DNA of 64,000 bases from the human T2T-CHM13v2.0 reference genome, Homo sapiens (GCF_009914755.1 NC_060938.1), one strand, 5' to 3'. Positions 31,081-46,575 are shown, counted from the stretch's first letter. Numbers and translations are program-made. Notes: a model not told the origin generated them from the sequence alone.

Positions 31081-31324
31081 TTTCTGAAAGAGCTGGACTT
31101 TGTTTCCAAGTCATTTAGTTTCTCCCAGGTTGTGGAATCTGTGTCCTTGGCTTTAAATCACATTCACAGTTTCAATCCTCTTGTCTTTTTTGCAGAAAGT
31201 AATTTTTCCAGAGACATATTTTAATCCATGTAAGGGTGAAATTACTTCACTTTTTTTTTTTTTAGCATCTTCAAAAAAACTTTTTCTATTTCAGAAAAAA
31301 ACTGAAGTGACTTCCTCCTCTGTA

Positions 31325-31813
31325 TATATGGGCAACCCAGTCTCTCTGTCCCTTTATAAAAATAGGCATCATTTCTGGCAGTCATGTAGTTTGTGTGGGA
31401 CCAGGCCAACTTCAGCTCCAGCAGGCAGCCCTGATTGGTCAAGGCCACAATTGGGTAATCGAACCCGCATGTCCACAGGATTTGGTTCAGGGATGAGCCA
31501 ATCAGCACAAAGCTTTGAGCTGCTGTTGGCTGATTGTGGGAAACATACTTCCCTGTTGCATGGGAACAATGAAGCGTGTAAGCCTGATTGCAGCCAGCTC
31601 TTCTACAATCACCAGGAAATTAGCCCTAGGAGGCAAACAACATTTGTATAAAAGAGAAGAGACGCGGAAAGAAATTGAGTCCTCACGTCATTGTAGCAAT
31701 CAGTGTAGTCCACCGTACCAATGGACTCCCAGTTAGCTACTAAATCCCTTATTGTTGATGAGTTTCAATTGGGTGTTCTGTTACTTAAAGCCAAAAGCAT
31801 TTTATCTGATGCA
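31325..31813 (+). mobile_element. ERVL LTR relic (LTR33-like)
   Basis: cagctccagcaggcagccctgattggtc...gttctgttacttaaagccaaaagcattttatctgatgca. Confidence 0.55.
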
Positions 31814-31929
31814 CCCCACTACTGGGAAGTTGAGCTAAACACACAATACTACACCTCAAAATACAGTTTATCCAGTCTGAATGTCTAACAATAGGGTATT
31901 AGGTAATTTAAATTGCATATATTGATGGT

Positions 31930-32285
31930 ATATTAGGATGGACTAGGCTGTTGTAATAATAGAAACTTAACTTTCATTCACATACTAATCTGAAGCAAGC
32001 GATCCTGATCAGCAGATGGCTCTGTTCCATATGATTCCATTGGTTTTTCAGAAACCCAGGCTTCTTCCGCCTTTTGGCTCCCACATCCCCTAAGGCCTTG
32101 TTATCACCCTCATTAAGCTGGCAGAAAGGGAAGAAGCCGGAAGGGGCACACCCCTGCTTCTTAAAAACCTTGGCCCAGAAATGGTACAAACCATATTCAC
32201 TCTACCTTGGCTAAAACTCAGCCACACAGCCACATCTAACTATAAAAGATCCCAGGAGGAAAAAGTGGACTTTGGATAATTAACT
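31930..32285 (-). mobile_element. MLT1J-like LTR
   Basis: cagaaacccaggcttcttcc...cacagccacatctaactataaa. Confidence 0.6.
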
Positions 32286-32337
32286 GCAGACAGGATGCTT
32301 TAGAAGCTTATTAAATCACAGGGGGAAATGCTAATAG

Positions 32338-32656
<319 letters not shown>

Positions 32657-32666
32657 CCTCCCAAGC

Positions 32667-32983
32667 ATTTTGTTTTGTTTTGTTTGTGTGTGTGTGTGTG
32701 AGACAGAGTCTCTCTCTGTCACCCAGGCTGGAGTGCGGTGATGCAATATCTCAGCTCACTGCAACCTCTGTGTCCTGGGTTCAAGTGACTCTCCTGTCTC
32801 AGCCTCCTGAGTAGCTGGGATTACAGGTGTGTGCCACCATGCCCGGCTAATTTTTGTATTTTGGGCAGAGATGGAATTTCACCATGTTGGCCAGGCTGGT
32901 CTCAAACTCCTGACCTCAAGTGATCCGCCCGCCTCGGCCTCCCAAAGTGCTGGGATTACAGGCGTGAGCCACCATGCCCGGTC
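32667..32983 (-). mobile_element. Alu (AluSz-like) with (TG)n in tail
   Basis: Full dimer. Confidence 0.95.
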
Positions 32984-33759
32984 CCCCTCACAAGCTTTCT
33001 AAAGGCCCCTATCTATAAGCACATGAGCTCTATCTCTTTCTGCTTCAGCCCTGAGACGAGCCTTTGTTTTGTTCTTCATCCTTGTTCGTCTTCTGGCACC
33101 TTCCTGATGTTCCTAGCAAGCAAATGTACTTTGCCATGCACTGGTAAACAATAAAGATTTTACTGAAGGTCTGGTGTGATGACAGAAATGTAATCAAGGT
33201 CTTCCATGGATATCTGTTCTTTCCTGCAAAGCTCTCTTCCTTTGCCAGCAGCCTCACCTCACCTGTTTACTTTTCTCTGGTTGAAGGCTTTCCTTCCAGC
33301 ATCAACAGCCCTAAAAGTCTCATCGCCTGAGCAATTCGACTCTTACTCTTTGTTTCATGCCTGCTCAGCCAAAAAACAAAACAAAAAACAGAAACAACAA
33401 AAAAAACCAGTATTAAATAAAAAACTAACGACATATCTTTTTCCTCCAGCATACCCCTCAGGGAACTTAGCATATAACTCAATGAACAAAAAGTTTTCTT
33501 CTGGGGGCAGAGTTGGGTGGGGGCTTCTTGCTAAGAAAATTAATTCTTGCCAGAAAAATTCATTTACATGGGAAAAAAGACTGAAAGGATATCCTAAAAT
33601 GTTAACAGTATTTACCTCTATGTAATTAAAGTTTTTTTTCTCTTGTATGTTCCTACACTTTCCTTTAATTTTTGTTTCTGTGTTTTCCAAATGTTCTACA
33701 GTATATGATATATTTCTTTAATAATCTAAAAAATATTTAGTAAAGAAATTTATCTTTTG

Positions 33760-34815
33760 TTCAACATCACTAATCATTAGAGAAATGCAAATCAATACCA
33801 CAACGAGATACCACTTCACACCCGTTAGGATGGATATTAAAAAAAAAAAAAAGAGGCTGGGCGTGGTGGCTCGTGCCTGTAATCCCAGCACTTTGGAAGG
33901 CCACGGTGGGTGGATCACAAGGTCAGGAGTTCGAAACCAGCCTGGACAACATGGTGAAACCCCGTCTCTACTAAAAATACAAAAAAATTAGCCGAGCGTA
34001 GTGGCGGGCACCTGTAATCCCAGCTATTTGGGAGGCTGAGGCAGGAGAATCGCTTGAACCGGGAGGCGGAGGTTGCAGTGAGCCAAGATCTCGCCACTGC
34101 ACTCCAGCCTAAGCAACAGAGCAAGACTCCATTTCAAAAAAAAAAAAGAACAAGTGTTGGTGAGGGTATGGGGAAATTAGAATGTTTGTGCATTGTTGGT
34201 GGGTCTCTAAAATGGTACGGCCACCATGGGAAATGGTATGGTGGTTCCTCAAAAAATTAAAGAGAGAATTACCAGAAATTCTACCTCCGGCTATGTATTC
34301 AAAATAATTGAAAGCAGAAATTTGAACAGATATTTTTAGGCTCATATTCATAGCAGCAATAGCCAAAAGGTGGAAGCAATCCAGTGTCTGTTGACAGATG
34401 AATGGCTAAGTCAGATGTGGTATACATATACAAGGAATATGATTCAACCTTAAACAGGAAGGAAATTCTGACACATGCTACAACATGGATGAACCTTGTA
34501 GACATTATGCTAAGTGAAACAAGCCCGTCGCAAAAGGACAAATACGATTCCACTTATATGAGGTACTTAGAGTAGTCAAATTCATAGAGACAGAAAGTAG
34601 AATCATGGCTGCCAGGGACTGGGTGGGAGGGAGGAAATAAAGAGTTATTGTTTAACGGATACTGAGTTTCAGTTGGGAAAGATAAAAACATTCTGGAGAG
34701 GGATGGTGGTGATGGTTGCACAACAATGTGAATGTACTTAATGCCACAGAATTGTACACATAAAAATAGTTAAAATGGTAAATTTTATGTTAACATATAT
34801 TTTACTACAATTTTT
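33760..34815 (+). mobile_element. L1MB ORF2 end plus 3' UTR, interrupted by an Alu
   Basis: agagaaatgcaaatcaataccacaacgagataccacttcacacc to tggtaaattttatgtt. Confidence 0.9.
33855..34147 (+). mobile_element. Alu (AluSg-like)
   Basis: Full dimer inserted in an L1 A-tract. Confidence 0.96.
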
Positions 34816-35059
34816 CTAAAACACAAAATTTCTCTTTCCACAGGCAATTTTACCAGAAGTTTTGACGTGGATAGCTTATGATCTCTTGGAAACCAGATAT
34901 TTCCCTAGTTTGGGCTTTCCACCTACACCGTATTTCTTTTTAAATGAATTTGTAAATGACATAAGGAAAAATACTTATTACACTTATATTTACACAAGGC
35001 TCAGGGAATTAGTAAAAGATGGCTTTTTTTTTCTCCAAGGATTTTTTAAGTGAGAAAGA

Positions 35060-35340
35060 GGCCAGGCATGGTGGCTCATGCCTTAATCCCAGCACTTCAA
35101 GAGGCCAAGGCGTGTGGATCACCTGAGGTCAGGAGTTTGAGACCAGCCTGGCCAACGTGGTGAAACCCCATCTCTACTAAAAATACAAAAATTAGCCAGG
35201 TGTGGTGGCGGGCGCCTGTAATCCCAGCTAGTTGGGAGGCTGAGGCAGGAGACTCGCTTGAGCCCGGGAGGTGGAGGTTGCAGCGAGCCAAGATCGCCAT
35301 TGCACTCCAGCCTGGGCGACAAGAGTGAAACTCCATCTCA

Positions 35341-35376
<36 letters not shown>

Positions 35377-35378
35377 GG
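35060..35378 (+). mobile_element. Alu (AluSq-like)
   Basis: gcgacaagagtgaaactcc; (GAAAA)n tail. Confidence 0.96.
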
Positions 35379-36345
35379 AAGATAGGTAAGCAATTAACTA
35401 TAATCTACAATGAAATAAAATCACGGACCAAGGGTAGAGGTAGAAGCAGTGAGTTCTGCCTGGGGTTTTGGGAAGGATCCCAGAGAAGGGTGTTTAAGGT
35501 CGACCTTAAAGAAGTCTTGGGAGTTTACTAATGGAGAAGAGAGGGTGAACATTAGAAAGTGGGATAAAGAGAGGTGAAGGGGACAGCACTGGGACACGAG
35601 GAAGCCAACTGACACCCACACATCTCATCCCCTGAGACCGCTGACCAGTCATAGGGCATCGAGGGACTTTGAGCATGACCAGATGAGCACCTGCCTTGAT
35701 GAGGCAGTGCTGTCTTTACTGGGGAGATGACCCAGGAAATGAGCTGAACTCAGAAAGCAAAGTCAAAGCCAGCCACGTGTCAGGGCCAGAGTCGAGACCT
35801 TGGCCGGCTCAGTGGTGTGACTCTAGAGCAATACAGAGTATGCAGGAGCTTCCTGTGCAAACAAGGAAATGGCCCCCTGCATGTTGGTGCCTGATGATGT
35901 GCAGCTGTGGGCTTCACAGTCTGACAATGAAAGGAATAGAAGCTTTTAAAGTTAAATCTAAAGCTCTTGTAATGTTTCTTGTCAGCGCCTTAGACCTGGC
36001 CAATCTGCAACCCATGTCTTCCCCTAGTATCCACACTCATGGACTTATCACTAGATGGTGGCACTCAGATGGTGCACAGCTGTACAACTGTCACCCCAGC
36101 CCAGGTAGGAAGGAGAACAGAGCATGCTTGTGATCTGGAAGTTCATGGGTGCTGCGTCAGTCATTCTGCATCGTGATCAGCTTGCAAAGAGGAGACAGAG
36201 GCCATGTAGAATTATAAGTCTTGGACCTGGCGGATCATCAAGGTTAACTCATTCGGCAGCTTATTGTCCATCAGTTGGGTCATTCTTGTCATGTGGCTGT
36301 TTCTTCTCTTTGAAGTCTCTGTCATGTGTTGACATGACACATGTG

Positions 36346-36400
36346 TTGGAATGATTAGGTGGCTCAATGGAAGCACTTTTCTCTGTTCACTAAAGGAAGG
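36346..36400. repeat. 55-bp dispersed direct repeat, copy A
   Basis: 53/55 identical to 37480-37534. Confidence 0.95.
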
Positions 36401-37479
36401 TCCCTGCCTCTGTTGGGTATTTCTGCTCCAGGCAACCACAAAGATGGCCTTTGAGGCTCCTCTCCACATCCCCAGGCACCCTAAGAGAACACTTAATCCT
36501 GCTCCCAAAGCCACAATGTCTAAGATCATTAAACATTCACACCCATCTCTTATCTGGCTGGGTCACAAAGTTTAGGGGACAGACTATCTGAAGAATCCCA
36601 CAAACTTACCCTTTCTTGTTTTCCAAGTTCCCAGGATCCAACCACCTCCTCAGGGTCAGGCCCTGGCATGCTGTTACTCACAAAGAACAAAAACTTCTAT
36701 ACCTTACCCCTCTCCCTTCTTGGAAGCCTCCTTAATTCCCCCAGGTGGGCCTGATTCACAAATAGCTGGAAATTCCCTGCCTGGGGTCAAGGCACCCAGG
36801 TCTGGGAACACAAAGCCCTGGCTGCCTTTGCTGGAAGGGAAAGGGGAAAATTATCTTTCCATTGTTTTTGCTGACAGGTCATAGTAGCAAAAGAGATAAG
36901 CTACAATGAATTTCTCAGCATTTCACCTTGTGGTGCATTGAGATGTTCTCACTGGCTGATGCCTGGAGACAGGTGCACTGGCCATATTCATCTGATACCA
37001 TGATGTCAGGTGGAGCCTTTCAATCCACTCATGGGTCTTCCTTTGCTCCCTAGGGTGTAACTCTTGGACATTTTGGGGTGGAACCTGGATCGCTGCTTAA
37101 CTTCCTTAAATGGATATCCAATGCTGCTCCCAGCTCCACCTCATCCTATGTCTGTTTCCTGTCTACTCCCAGTCATTCTCCCGCATCCCCAGGCACAAAG
37201 CCCCAGAGGGTCTGATGTGATTTTTGGGTAGAGTCATATTGATGCAGCAGGACCTAACCCTGACAAAGCAGGGTTTGAGGTTTAGAAATTTGAACTATGA
37301 ACCCTCCTTACTTTCCTACGGTTCCAAAACTACTTTGGAACTAGTAATCCTGGCATGTCAGACCCGGAGGAGCACTGTCATTTGTGAACAAGCCAGCTGT
37401 CCCCAGGCCCAGGTCAAGAAAGCCTGTGATCTGATGGCCTAGCCTCAGCTACAGAGATAAGGCCCTTCTCTTCTGTGCT

Positions 37480-37534
37480 TTGGAATGATTAAGTGGCTCA
37501 ATGGGAGCACTTTTCTCTGTTCACTAAAGGAAGG
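37480..37534. repeat. 55-bp dispersed direct repeat, copy B
   Basis: 53/55 identical to 36346-36400. Confidence 0.95.
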
Positions 37535-38595
37535 GCAGTGTTGGTTGTTTTTTTCTAGAGTGTTCTTTAAGGAGGCTCTCCACCTACCAGAGTCTGTAAA
37601 TTCTATTTTCCATCTTGACAGAGTTCCTAGTGAAGCTGAAGCCTGTCTTCTCTCTCATGTCCAGATTCAGGGACTACACATTGGCCCAAGTTCTTTACTT
37701 TAGAAGATTTTGGGACCTCTCTTTATGCTTCCTTGTCCAGCCTCTCCCTGCAGTCTTAGAGGCTGAATCCAGTCTCATGTCTGGTGTCTGTGCTGAATGT
37801 CAGTGGTTTTAAGGCCTCTTCTGCATATCAGCTCTGGCCCTCCTCACCCAGCTTTCCTTGGTCTGTAAGTCATATCCTTTAACCTCCACCTGGGTGTAGC
37901 TCTCAGAGTTGGAGGGCATTTTGCCATGGCTGCTGCAGCCTGTGTGCAGGAACAGATACAGCATCTGATGATCTGATTTATGTTTTCCAGATTTATCGCC
38001 TCACTCGCATACTCAGGCCAGTTGATATTTTAGGCACGTGAATCACAGTGTCTGGCATGGCTTCCTCTATAGCAGAGCTCCGGCAGCAGGCATAATGAAG
38101 TTGGGAGGGGGGAGAGTTCAACTTATCAGGGAGGAAAATTTGTGTCAGTAACAAGTCTGCCTGGCAACAGCACTAAAAGAGAGATAGCAGGTCCCAACAT
38201 CAGAGCCAAAATCTTCACACTAGTAGAGTAGCATCACCCTGAGCAATTTTCCTACTTGGGTTGCTGCCTTCTCTTGCTTTTCCCACCCCCCAAAAAAGGA
38301 AAATAAGCATGTCATACATGCATTCTCCAAAGGATAACCCCTAACCTGCCACTGAACAGGGAGAGGGTGATGAGCCGAAATGTCACCAGGCTGTGGCTAT
38401 CCATTGATGTGTTATGAATGAATAATAAGAATTAAGCTTCTGCAGTGGAATTACGGGCACTGAAAGAAGTTGCAATGGGCAGAGCTAATTGACCCTCTGC
38501 CATTCAGTGTAGGATTCTGCTGGGGGAATGCGTCTCAAGACTAGGAGATAGGAAGATATTCCTTTATTTTTTCCTGCTCCCCTAAGCATGCTCTA

Positions 38596-38833
38596 TTATT
38601 ATTATTATTATTTTGGATCTCGGCTCACTGCAACCTTCACCTCCTGAGTTCAAGCGATTCTCCTGCCTCAGCCTCCTGAGTAGCTGGGACTACAGGCGTG
38701 CACCACCACACCCAGCAAATTTTTGTTTTAGTAGAGATGAGGTTTCACCATGTTGGCCAGGATGGTCTTGATCTCTTGACCTCATGATCTGCCCGCCTCA
38801 GGGGATTACAGGTGTGAGCCACCGTGCCTGATC
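38596..38833 (-). mobile_element. Alu (AluSc-like) with internal deletions
   Basis: ggatggtcttgatctcttgacctcatgat. Confidence 0.9.
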
Positions 38834-40689
38834 AATTATTAAATAAAATATAGCGTTTCCTATTTCTCAATAAATCTATTCGGAATTGAGAAAGAAAGCA
38901 GAAGAAGAACTGACCTGGACATCTGAACACTTTGGAGGCGACCTCAAGAACAGTCATTGTGTCTTTACGTCTGGATCTCAATGTCCAGGGCAGTCACAGG
39001 CACAAAGTAGAAACTGAATGCAGGTGTGCTGAACTGACCTGGCCTCGGCTCCATTAGTACTTGGAATGCCTTTGGATGGTCTCTTTACTCCTCCAGGCAC
39101 GCTTTCACCATCTGAAGAATGAACCAATGATCTCTTCGAGATCTTCCCAGATCTGACATTCTAGGCTTTCAAAGTCAAAACTAGTTTTAAAATCCTAAGA
39201 AAACAGAGAATTTAAAAAAATTTCCCATAAATGTTTCTATCTCAAATGCTTGATCATTGGGCTCTGCTTCATCATCAAAATGCGTGCATGCAAGTCTTCA
39301 GGCTTAAATGTTCCCATGAATACATCAGTCTGGTATCTGGGATACATTTACATTTTTAGCATTGGTGTAATTCTATTTGGTTTTATGCCACAGGAAGTTC
39401 AAGCCTGATTCAATTCAGGAGTTTCATAAAATGAGTTTTTAGAAGGAAAAGACAATGCATTGCACATGTTATACCACTGTACTTTGCATTGTTATCCAAT
39501 CAGGTGTGTTAAGGTTGACTTTTGCTTCAGTCCAAGAATCTGTTAGCAATCCATAAAGTGGAATATTTTACTCTCTTATTTGGAAGCACGGAATTTAAGA
39601 GCTGGAAGGTAGGCAGACATCTCTTACTAAAACAAGGGCAGGGAGACTTTTTGTACATTTTTGCATACCTCTCAGCTCCTAATGTAGTTCTCATATAAAT
39701 ACCAAAATACCTAAAATATCTAATACCAAACAGAAGGAGGCCTGGTTTCTAAGCCTGGGGATGAGAAGGTGGTCAGCAGCATAAAACAGAGTTGCGTCGT
39801 TTGAGAGTGTGTCTCTTTGCATCAAAAATATCCAGAGCAAGATTTAAATTTCTGTCTGTCAGCGAAGGGGCAGAGACAACTGTGCAGAACTCCGCAGAGG
39901 AAGAAACTCTTCCTAGGTAACAGCTGCTGCTGGCTTTTTTCATAAAGTGCACACGCAAGAGGAGCAACCCTCTTGGGAAGCAGAGTTGATGACAACTCAG
40001 CACTTAAGGGAGGGAACTTAGAGCCAGTGCAGACAGACTACAGAGTCCCAGCAACTGGATAAAACCTCTGGACTGAGCAAGCAGATGTGCTAGCAGTAGA
40101 GCCCAGAAGAGAAACCCTAACAAAAAAGGATTAGAAGCAAAGATACTGAGATGACCCAGAAGGGAATCAAGGGGATAACATGGAGGTAGGAAATGGGAGG
40201 GAAAATCCTAGGGACATTACCGAAATCATGGGAAGGCAGTAGAATCTTCAGTCCCTGGATCTTAACCAATGGGAAGTTAAAGCCAACATAGAAAAGGCAG
40301 GACTCAAAGTCAAACCCAAGGAAGAGAGAGAGTTGAATACTGGGTAATGAAGAAAACGTTTAAAGCTGGGAGAATTGAGAATAGAGAACACTAAAGGCAG
40401 CAAATTCAGATGACAGTGATTCCTAAATTTCTAGAGTGTTTATTATGTGATACTTGACCATACCTGGCTGGGGTGACCGTTTAAAGGAAATACATAGTAG
40501 TTTGGAAAAGACAACAAAATAAGAAGATCCAAAAATGATCAGGACAGAACTATCTCCATTAGACAATGTCCTTGGATATTAGAAATGAATATAAGAACCA
40601 CAGTCTGAAGACCCAGCAGAAAAGAGTTTGAACCATAGGAGTTTGAATACATTATCCATACATTGTAGGAACATTTACTATTCATAAAA

Positions 40690-41150
40690 CCAGAAGTTAG
40701 GTGAGAGAGGGCAGTTCCAGGGTTATTTAAATAAGGGGCCAATGCCAACAACAAGGACCCGGATTCCTCGCGTCTATCCCCTTTCCTATCCATAGAGTGG
40801 TGTCCTCTTAGGATGGCTTTCCTCATGGCTTCTGTGGGAAACAGAGAAATCCCTTCACTTGCGTAACTTCTTAAAAGCAAGGAATCCCTTCCCAGAGAGC
40901 CTCTTGCAAGTTTCCCTTACATCTTTTCAGCCAGAAGTGCCTTTCTCTCCCATGCAAAGCAGTCCCTTGGAAAGGGAAACGAGGTCAACAGGCTATAAGG
41001 GACTGATAAAGGTCCCTTCTGGGTGGGTTCTTCCGCCAAAGCACACAGCCATTCAGATGGGGGTGAATAGAATCAGGATTCACCTTGCAAAGGAGAAGGA
41101 ATGAGGACCCAACTGCACAAGGAATTGCTCTGGTTAATGGCGACTGGATG
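40690..41150 (-). mobile_element. LTR33-like ERVL LTR relic
   Basis: gcagttccagggtt...caaggacccggattcc...aaggaatcccttcccaga. Confidence 0.55.
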
Positions 41151-41621
41151 TGGGTGGGAAGCATCCCGGAGCCAGGGTGGTCTCAACCTCCCCTTTGGCT
41201 CTCTGCCCTCCTTCTGTTGGGGAGCACTAACTGAGGTCAAGAGAAGTGAGGTAACATACCCACCTGTTGTCTCAGACAGCAAGAGACAGCCCTCAAACCT
41301 CACCACCCTCATTCAGTTCAATGCACTTTCCACCACAGCATCCTGTTTTCTCCTGGTAACATTTTAAATCGCCTTTGTTGAGGCTCAATGCGGGGCAGAC
41401 ATTTTGCCATGATATTAGAAGACGTATCCACCATGGCCATAATGAGGTGCAGCCACTTTGGTGGAAACAGCAGGGAGTTCAGAATCAACTCTGGTTTGAC
41501 TGTTGACTCCCTTTTCTAGCTGAGGAGCATGGGGCAGCTACTTGCTTTCTCTAGGCCCAGCTCTGCCACCCTTCCTTTGGCATGTGAGTTCATTCAAAGG
41601 AGGCAGTGCTGTGAGGGATGC

Positions 41622-42003
41622 TGATATGGTTTGGTTCTGTGTCCCCGCCCAAATCTCATATTGAATGGTAATTCCCAGTGTTGGAGGAGGGGCCTGGTGG
41701 GAGGTGACTAGATCATGGACGGATTTCCCCCTTGCTGTTCTCGTGATAGTGAGTGAGTTCTCAGGAGACCTGGTTGTTTAAAAGTGTGTAGCTCCTCCCC
41801 ATTCACACTCTTCTTCCTGCTCCAGCCCTGTAAGATGTGCCTGCTTCCCTTTCACCTTCCACCAGGATCGTGAGTTTCCTGAGGCCTCCCCAGCCATGCT
41901 TCCTGTACAGCCTGCAGAACCATGAGCCAATTAAACCCCTTTTCTTTATAAGTTACCCAGTCTCAGGTATTTCTTTATAGCAGTGCACGAATGGACTAAT
42001 ACA
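41622..42003 (+). mobile_element. MSTA MaLR solo LTR
   Basis: TGATATGGTTTGG...cctgcagaaccatgagccaattaaacc...GGACTAATACA. Confidence 0.9.
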
Positions 42004-42289
42004 GATATCATGGCAATAAATGGGGCATTCTGTAAGCCCATGAAAAATGGTTCTGGCCTAGGGGCTATAGACATGGAGATGTGGAAAACAAATACCCCTA
42101 TTTTTCTGTCCTGTCATTCTCTGACCTCCATTACTGTCTCCCATCCTTGGCCAAACCCAACAGGAAGCTGAAGAGAAAGATAAGGGCAGGAAGTGGGTGA
42201 GGGGAGGGTTAGTATGGGCAAAAGAAAATAAGCAAAAGAGTTGTTGTGTGTGCCTGGTATATACTAGATGTATGACTATACATGGATAT

Positions 42290-42519
<230 letters not shown>

Positions 42520-43061
42520 TAAGAAACAAGGTTGGCACACTAGACTATGTATTGGGGACCACGGCTCCCAGTCCTCCTGCAACTCGGCTGTCTCCCTGTC
42601 CTGCCTGTGTCAGTGCCTCATGGGCCCCAGTCTCTTCATTCCCAATGAGTCTCTCCACTCTAACTAAACTGGCCTGTCAGGGCAAGTCTGATAGGAGCTG
42701 TGGTAATGACAGCATAGAAGACTATGTGTCTCCTGCTATGATGACAGCATCCTTAGAGCGTGGCTCTTCAGTCATTTTTCCTGATGTGATGGTGATTCCA
42801 GCTGACCAGTCACTATAGCCATGCCCTCTTCCCTGTACTCATCAATGACCAGCAAGAGCTCAGGACACCATTCCACTCTAAATACAAGAGCCAAACTTCT
42901 GCAGTCCATACGAGCATCTCCTAGCTCAGAGATGAGTCAGTGTGCAGGAAGAGTAAATGAGTTACAGATAGGATCTAAATGTGGACCCCTCTCCCATCTC
43001 TCATATCTCTCATTCCTACTAATGCCTTACTTCTGTTTCCCCCACTGCCCCAGATATTCAC

Positions 43062-43460
43062 TGTATTAGTTCATTCTTGCATTGCTATAAAGAAATACCT
43101 GAGACAGGGTAATTTATAAAGAAAAGAGTTTTAATTGGCTCATTGTTCTGCAGGCTGTACAGGAAGCACGATGCTGGCATCTGCTTGGCTTCTGGGGAGG
43201 CCTCAGGAAACTTGCAATCATGGTGGAAGGTGAAGGGGGAGCAGGCACTTCACATGGCCAGAGCAGGAGGAAGAGAAGAAAGGGAGGTGTCACACACTTT
43301 TAAACAACCAGATCTCAGAAGAACTCACTATCACGACAACAGCACCATAGGGGAAATCTGCCCCCATGATCCAAGCACTTCCCACCAGGCCCCATCTTCA
43401 ACATTGAGGATTACAACTGAACATGATATTTGGGTGGGGACGCAGATCCAAACCATGTCA
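43062..43460 (-). mobile_element. MSTA MaLR solo LTR
   Basis: TGTATTAGTTCATTCTTGC to CCAAACCATGTCA; TSD ttcac/ttcag. Confidence 0.92.
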
Positions 43461-43962
43461 TTCAGCCTCCTCAATTTCTCCTTACCCCAGAGTCATGAAC
43501 TCTAAGGTCCCCACCTGTGGATTCAGAGAGAATGAATCAGCACCCCTGACTAGATATCCCAGCCCCTGAGGATGGAGCATAATTCCCCAACCCCAGAAGA
43601 AAGTCAGTTTAGTTTCTAAAGCAGATCAGCTTTCCTCACTCCTGATTTACTTGGGATAGTAACTGGATATGACCCCCTGTTTTGATTAAGACATTGGGTG
43701 TTGGTTTCTGGTTGTTTATTCCACAAATTACCCTCTTCTGGAGGCTTGACCCGTCGTAGGCACGCCAGATACTGACCAATCTGTTCTAATGGAACTAATA
43801 CTCATAAATTGTCTCCCTTTCCAGCTCTTACCCAACTGATGAATGAGCCAGAGAGAAAGTATTTTAATTGGATTCCTGACTTGATAAGATTTCATGTGTT
43901 CCCTTTGAACACATAAAGAACTTCCTCTACTTCCTCTCCTCCTGCTTTCCCACCTTGCACCA

Positions 43963-43998
43963 AAAAAAAAAAAAAAAGAAAGAAAGAAAGAAAGAAAA
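43963..43998 (+). repeat. poly-A / (GAAA)n microsatellite
   Basis: Read directly. Confidence 0.9.
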
Positions 43999-44440
43999 GG
44001 AAATCATTTTGGAGGAGGGGGTCAGGAGAAGGAGACTGTTCTTTCAACCAGGAATGTCTCAGCACCTGCAAGTTAATTTAGAAATGTATAGGTAATTGCA
44101 GAGAGGAGAAGACTTAGTAAAAATTTTGTTTCCTCTAAAAGGAACAATTGCTTTTATTTAATGGATATGCGGAAGAACTTTTTGTTATCTGTGCCTGGAG
44201 TTATTTGCTTCAATTATCTTGCTGGGTTTCGATTGTCCCTCCTCCTCCTCCTTTGAAAGAACATTGAAAAAGGAAACCTAGTTCTCTCCTAATGTGTCAG
44301 ATGCCTGTAATGTCACAAAAGAAAGGCATCTATAAACTGTTCCTCTGTGGGAGTGGATATGGGATCCTTGCTCAAATAAGCTTATTGGGTGCTAGCATCA
44401 CACCTGAAAAGGCACAGGCTTAAGCATCACACCTTTAGAG

Positions 44441-44930
<490 letters not shown>

Positions 44931-45137
44931 CTTAGAGCTTCAAGAAGTTTGCCCACACTTATCTTCATTACCCTGTGACCCAGTTAATTTTCTTCTGGAA
45001 TTCAAAAGGAGATCCTTGAAGCTAGTTGGCTATTTGCAGCAGATGACACTCAGCTGCAAAGAAAAAAGGAAATGCAAAGAATAAAGAATATGAAACCTGT
45101 AAAGGCCAAAGTTCTTAGAAGCAAAATGTTCCAATCA

Positions 45138-45518
<381 letters not shown>

Positions 45519-46575
45519 CTACACACGTACACATGAGAATGCTCATGTCGGCACACATGCTGCACGTGCACACACAGTGACATGATACAGCTCTACACAC
45601 AAACTCCAGATTTGTCCCACCTGGCACAAAGCTCTGAAGCAGTTGACTTCTGTTTGTCAAAATGGTCTTCCTGCACTTACTGGGCTACAGGTGGCTTCAA
45701 TGCAGCAACACGTTGTATTTCATCTTAAGTTATTTGTTTGGAATTCCAATATATGTTTCCATAAATAAATGGTGTAATCATGATGATAAATTTCCATAGT
45801 ACAACTGAACTGAAGTACAAAATGTATTCTAGAGTAATTACGGTGGAGTTAGAGCACTAACAACATAGGTTCGCCTCACTGGATTACTATGACACCCAGG
45901 TATTCTGTACAATAACAATTGCAGAGGCAGGAAGAGTGACATGCATGTGGCACTACTACTGAATGGCAATAATAGAGGGCAATGGAAAGGTATGAACCAA
46001 CCTCAAGGGTGAGAGCTGAGTGAGGCTTTGTAGACCAAAGATAGGGAGCATAAGAGGTGAGTTTTAAGATCTAGGTTATAGAATGGGTTGCTGTGACTGA
46101 GGTGAGATAAGATGGGGGCTGCCTGTTTAGGAGATCATAAACATATACCAGGGGATATTTGGAGATCTTAGTGAACCTCCAAATTTATAATGGGGAGCTG
46201 TCTGCGGAGGCTCCTGTCTTCCAAGTCACATGTCCATAGAGAGTTTTATCTGATTTTTGTGCAGATCCTGGTATCCCTGGACCATGTTTTTCAATTTAAA
46301 GAGAAAGTTTAATCTCAAATGTCATTTTTCACAAAGAGATAAAGTGTTTATTACCAGGAAGTGGTGAAGACTGCAGTGAACTAGAAGAAGATACCCTATT
46401 TAAAATGGGTAATCATTGCTCAATTCTAGCCAAAGGCTGCCAAGATGGGCTGCATGCCCAGTTCTCTAATTTTTTTCATAAGACAAGCCAGAAATATAGA
46501 TCTTAATATTTTATTTCCCCCTTATTTTATCCTGGAAGTCCTAGCTAATGCAACAGGACAAGAAAAGGAAATAAT

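Noticed and set aside
37800-37930. Minus-strand peptide faintly like a LINE endonuclease motif (VEVKGYDL...GGPELIC)
   Set aside because: Needs a frameshift and has no supporting motifs nearby; too weak without a profile search
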